Origin: Flavobacteriales bacterium
GTDB taxonomy: Bacteria; Bacteroidota; Bacteroidia; Flavobacteriales_F; PHOS-HE28
Reading direction: 5' to 3'
Assembly (NCBI GenBank): GCA_019638115.1
Contig: JAHBUK010000001.1
Span: 512,238-576,237 of the forward strand
DNA: 64,000 nt
Shown: one piece after another, positions 63,971-64,000 of the stretch
Layout of the letters: the number at the start of each line of letters is the position of its first letter
How positions within the stretch are numbered: position 1 is the first letter of the stretch
Position numbers and translations under genes: made by a program
Notes under the pieces: model-generated
Database searches by the model: none
The model's input: the letters and a program-made list of their open reading frames with translations, nothing else
Told to the model about the DNA's origin: nothing

Positions 63971-64000
63971 GGCTCAGAAGGTGAAGTTGTGGGCCGTTTC

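Overview
This is a high-GC (~60-65%) bacterial window, almost certainly Bacteroidota. The clues are T9SS/gliding-type C-terminal sorting domains, choice-of-anchor-L adhesins, a GldE-like CNNM protein, a TonB-dependent receptor with a carboxypeptidase-like N-terminus, and a TAnnTTTG -7 promoter motif. The high GC produces many long antisense ORFs, which I rejected. Most of the window is core genome: purH, the complete rod-shape cluster mreB-mreC-mreD-mrdA-rodA, ppiD, a gldE-like transporter, coaX, tRNA-Phe, gpmI, an M20 dipeptidase, tsaB, a DUF255 thioredoxin-domain protein, and a long minus-strand fatty-acid/leucine-type catabolic cluster ending in the two 3-methylcrotonyl-CoA carboxylase subunits. 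The cluster comprises an acyl-CoA dehydrogenase with a fused SCP2 domain, a free SCP2 protein, an SDR, an aldehyde dehydrogenase, an acyl-CoA ligase, a second acyl-CoA dehydrogenase, a second SDR, a BKACE-family enzyme and an enoyl-CoA hydratase. The accessory regions are as follows. (1) The first ~5.4 kb resembles a defence island: a translationally coupled small gene plus a ~780-aa SMC/RecN-like coiled-coil ABC ATPase with a C-terminal zinc ribbon, followed by a DUF2130 coiled-coil protein with a PD-(D/E)xK-like C-terminus, and then a RhuM-family protein. The two-gene ATPase module is my best candidate for an undescribed system. (2) A ~1.4 kb lower-GC islet is inserted into the catabolic cluster; it carries a lipoprotein gene and a small ORF embedded in nine GACCC-N-GGGTC palindromic repeats, and two more copies of that palindrome family sit between the two SCP2 genes. 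(3) Two REP-like hairpin elements share a GAGTGGCGAGT core. (4) Two copies of a perfect 20-bp palindrome lie in a low-GC convergent intergenic region. (5) A secreted protein consists of six tandem ~23-aa G-x-F-G-x-K-G repeats. (6) Two tandem T9SS-sorted choice-of-anchor-L paralogues are present. No CRISPR array, no rRNA, and no clear transposase or integrase were found.
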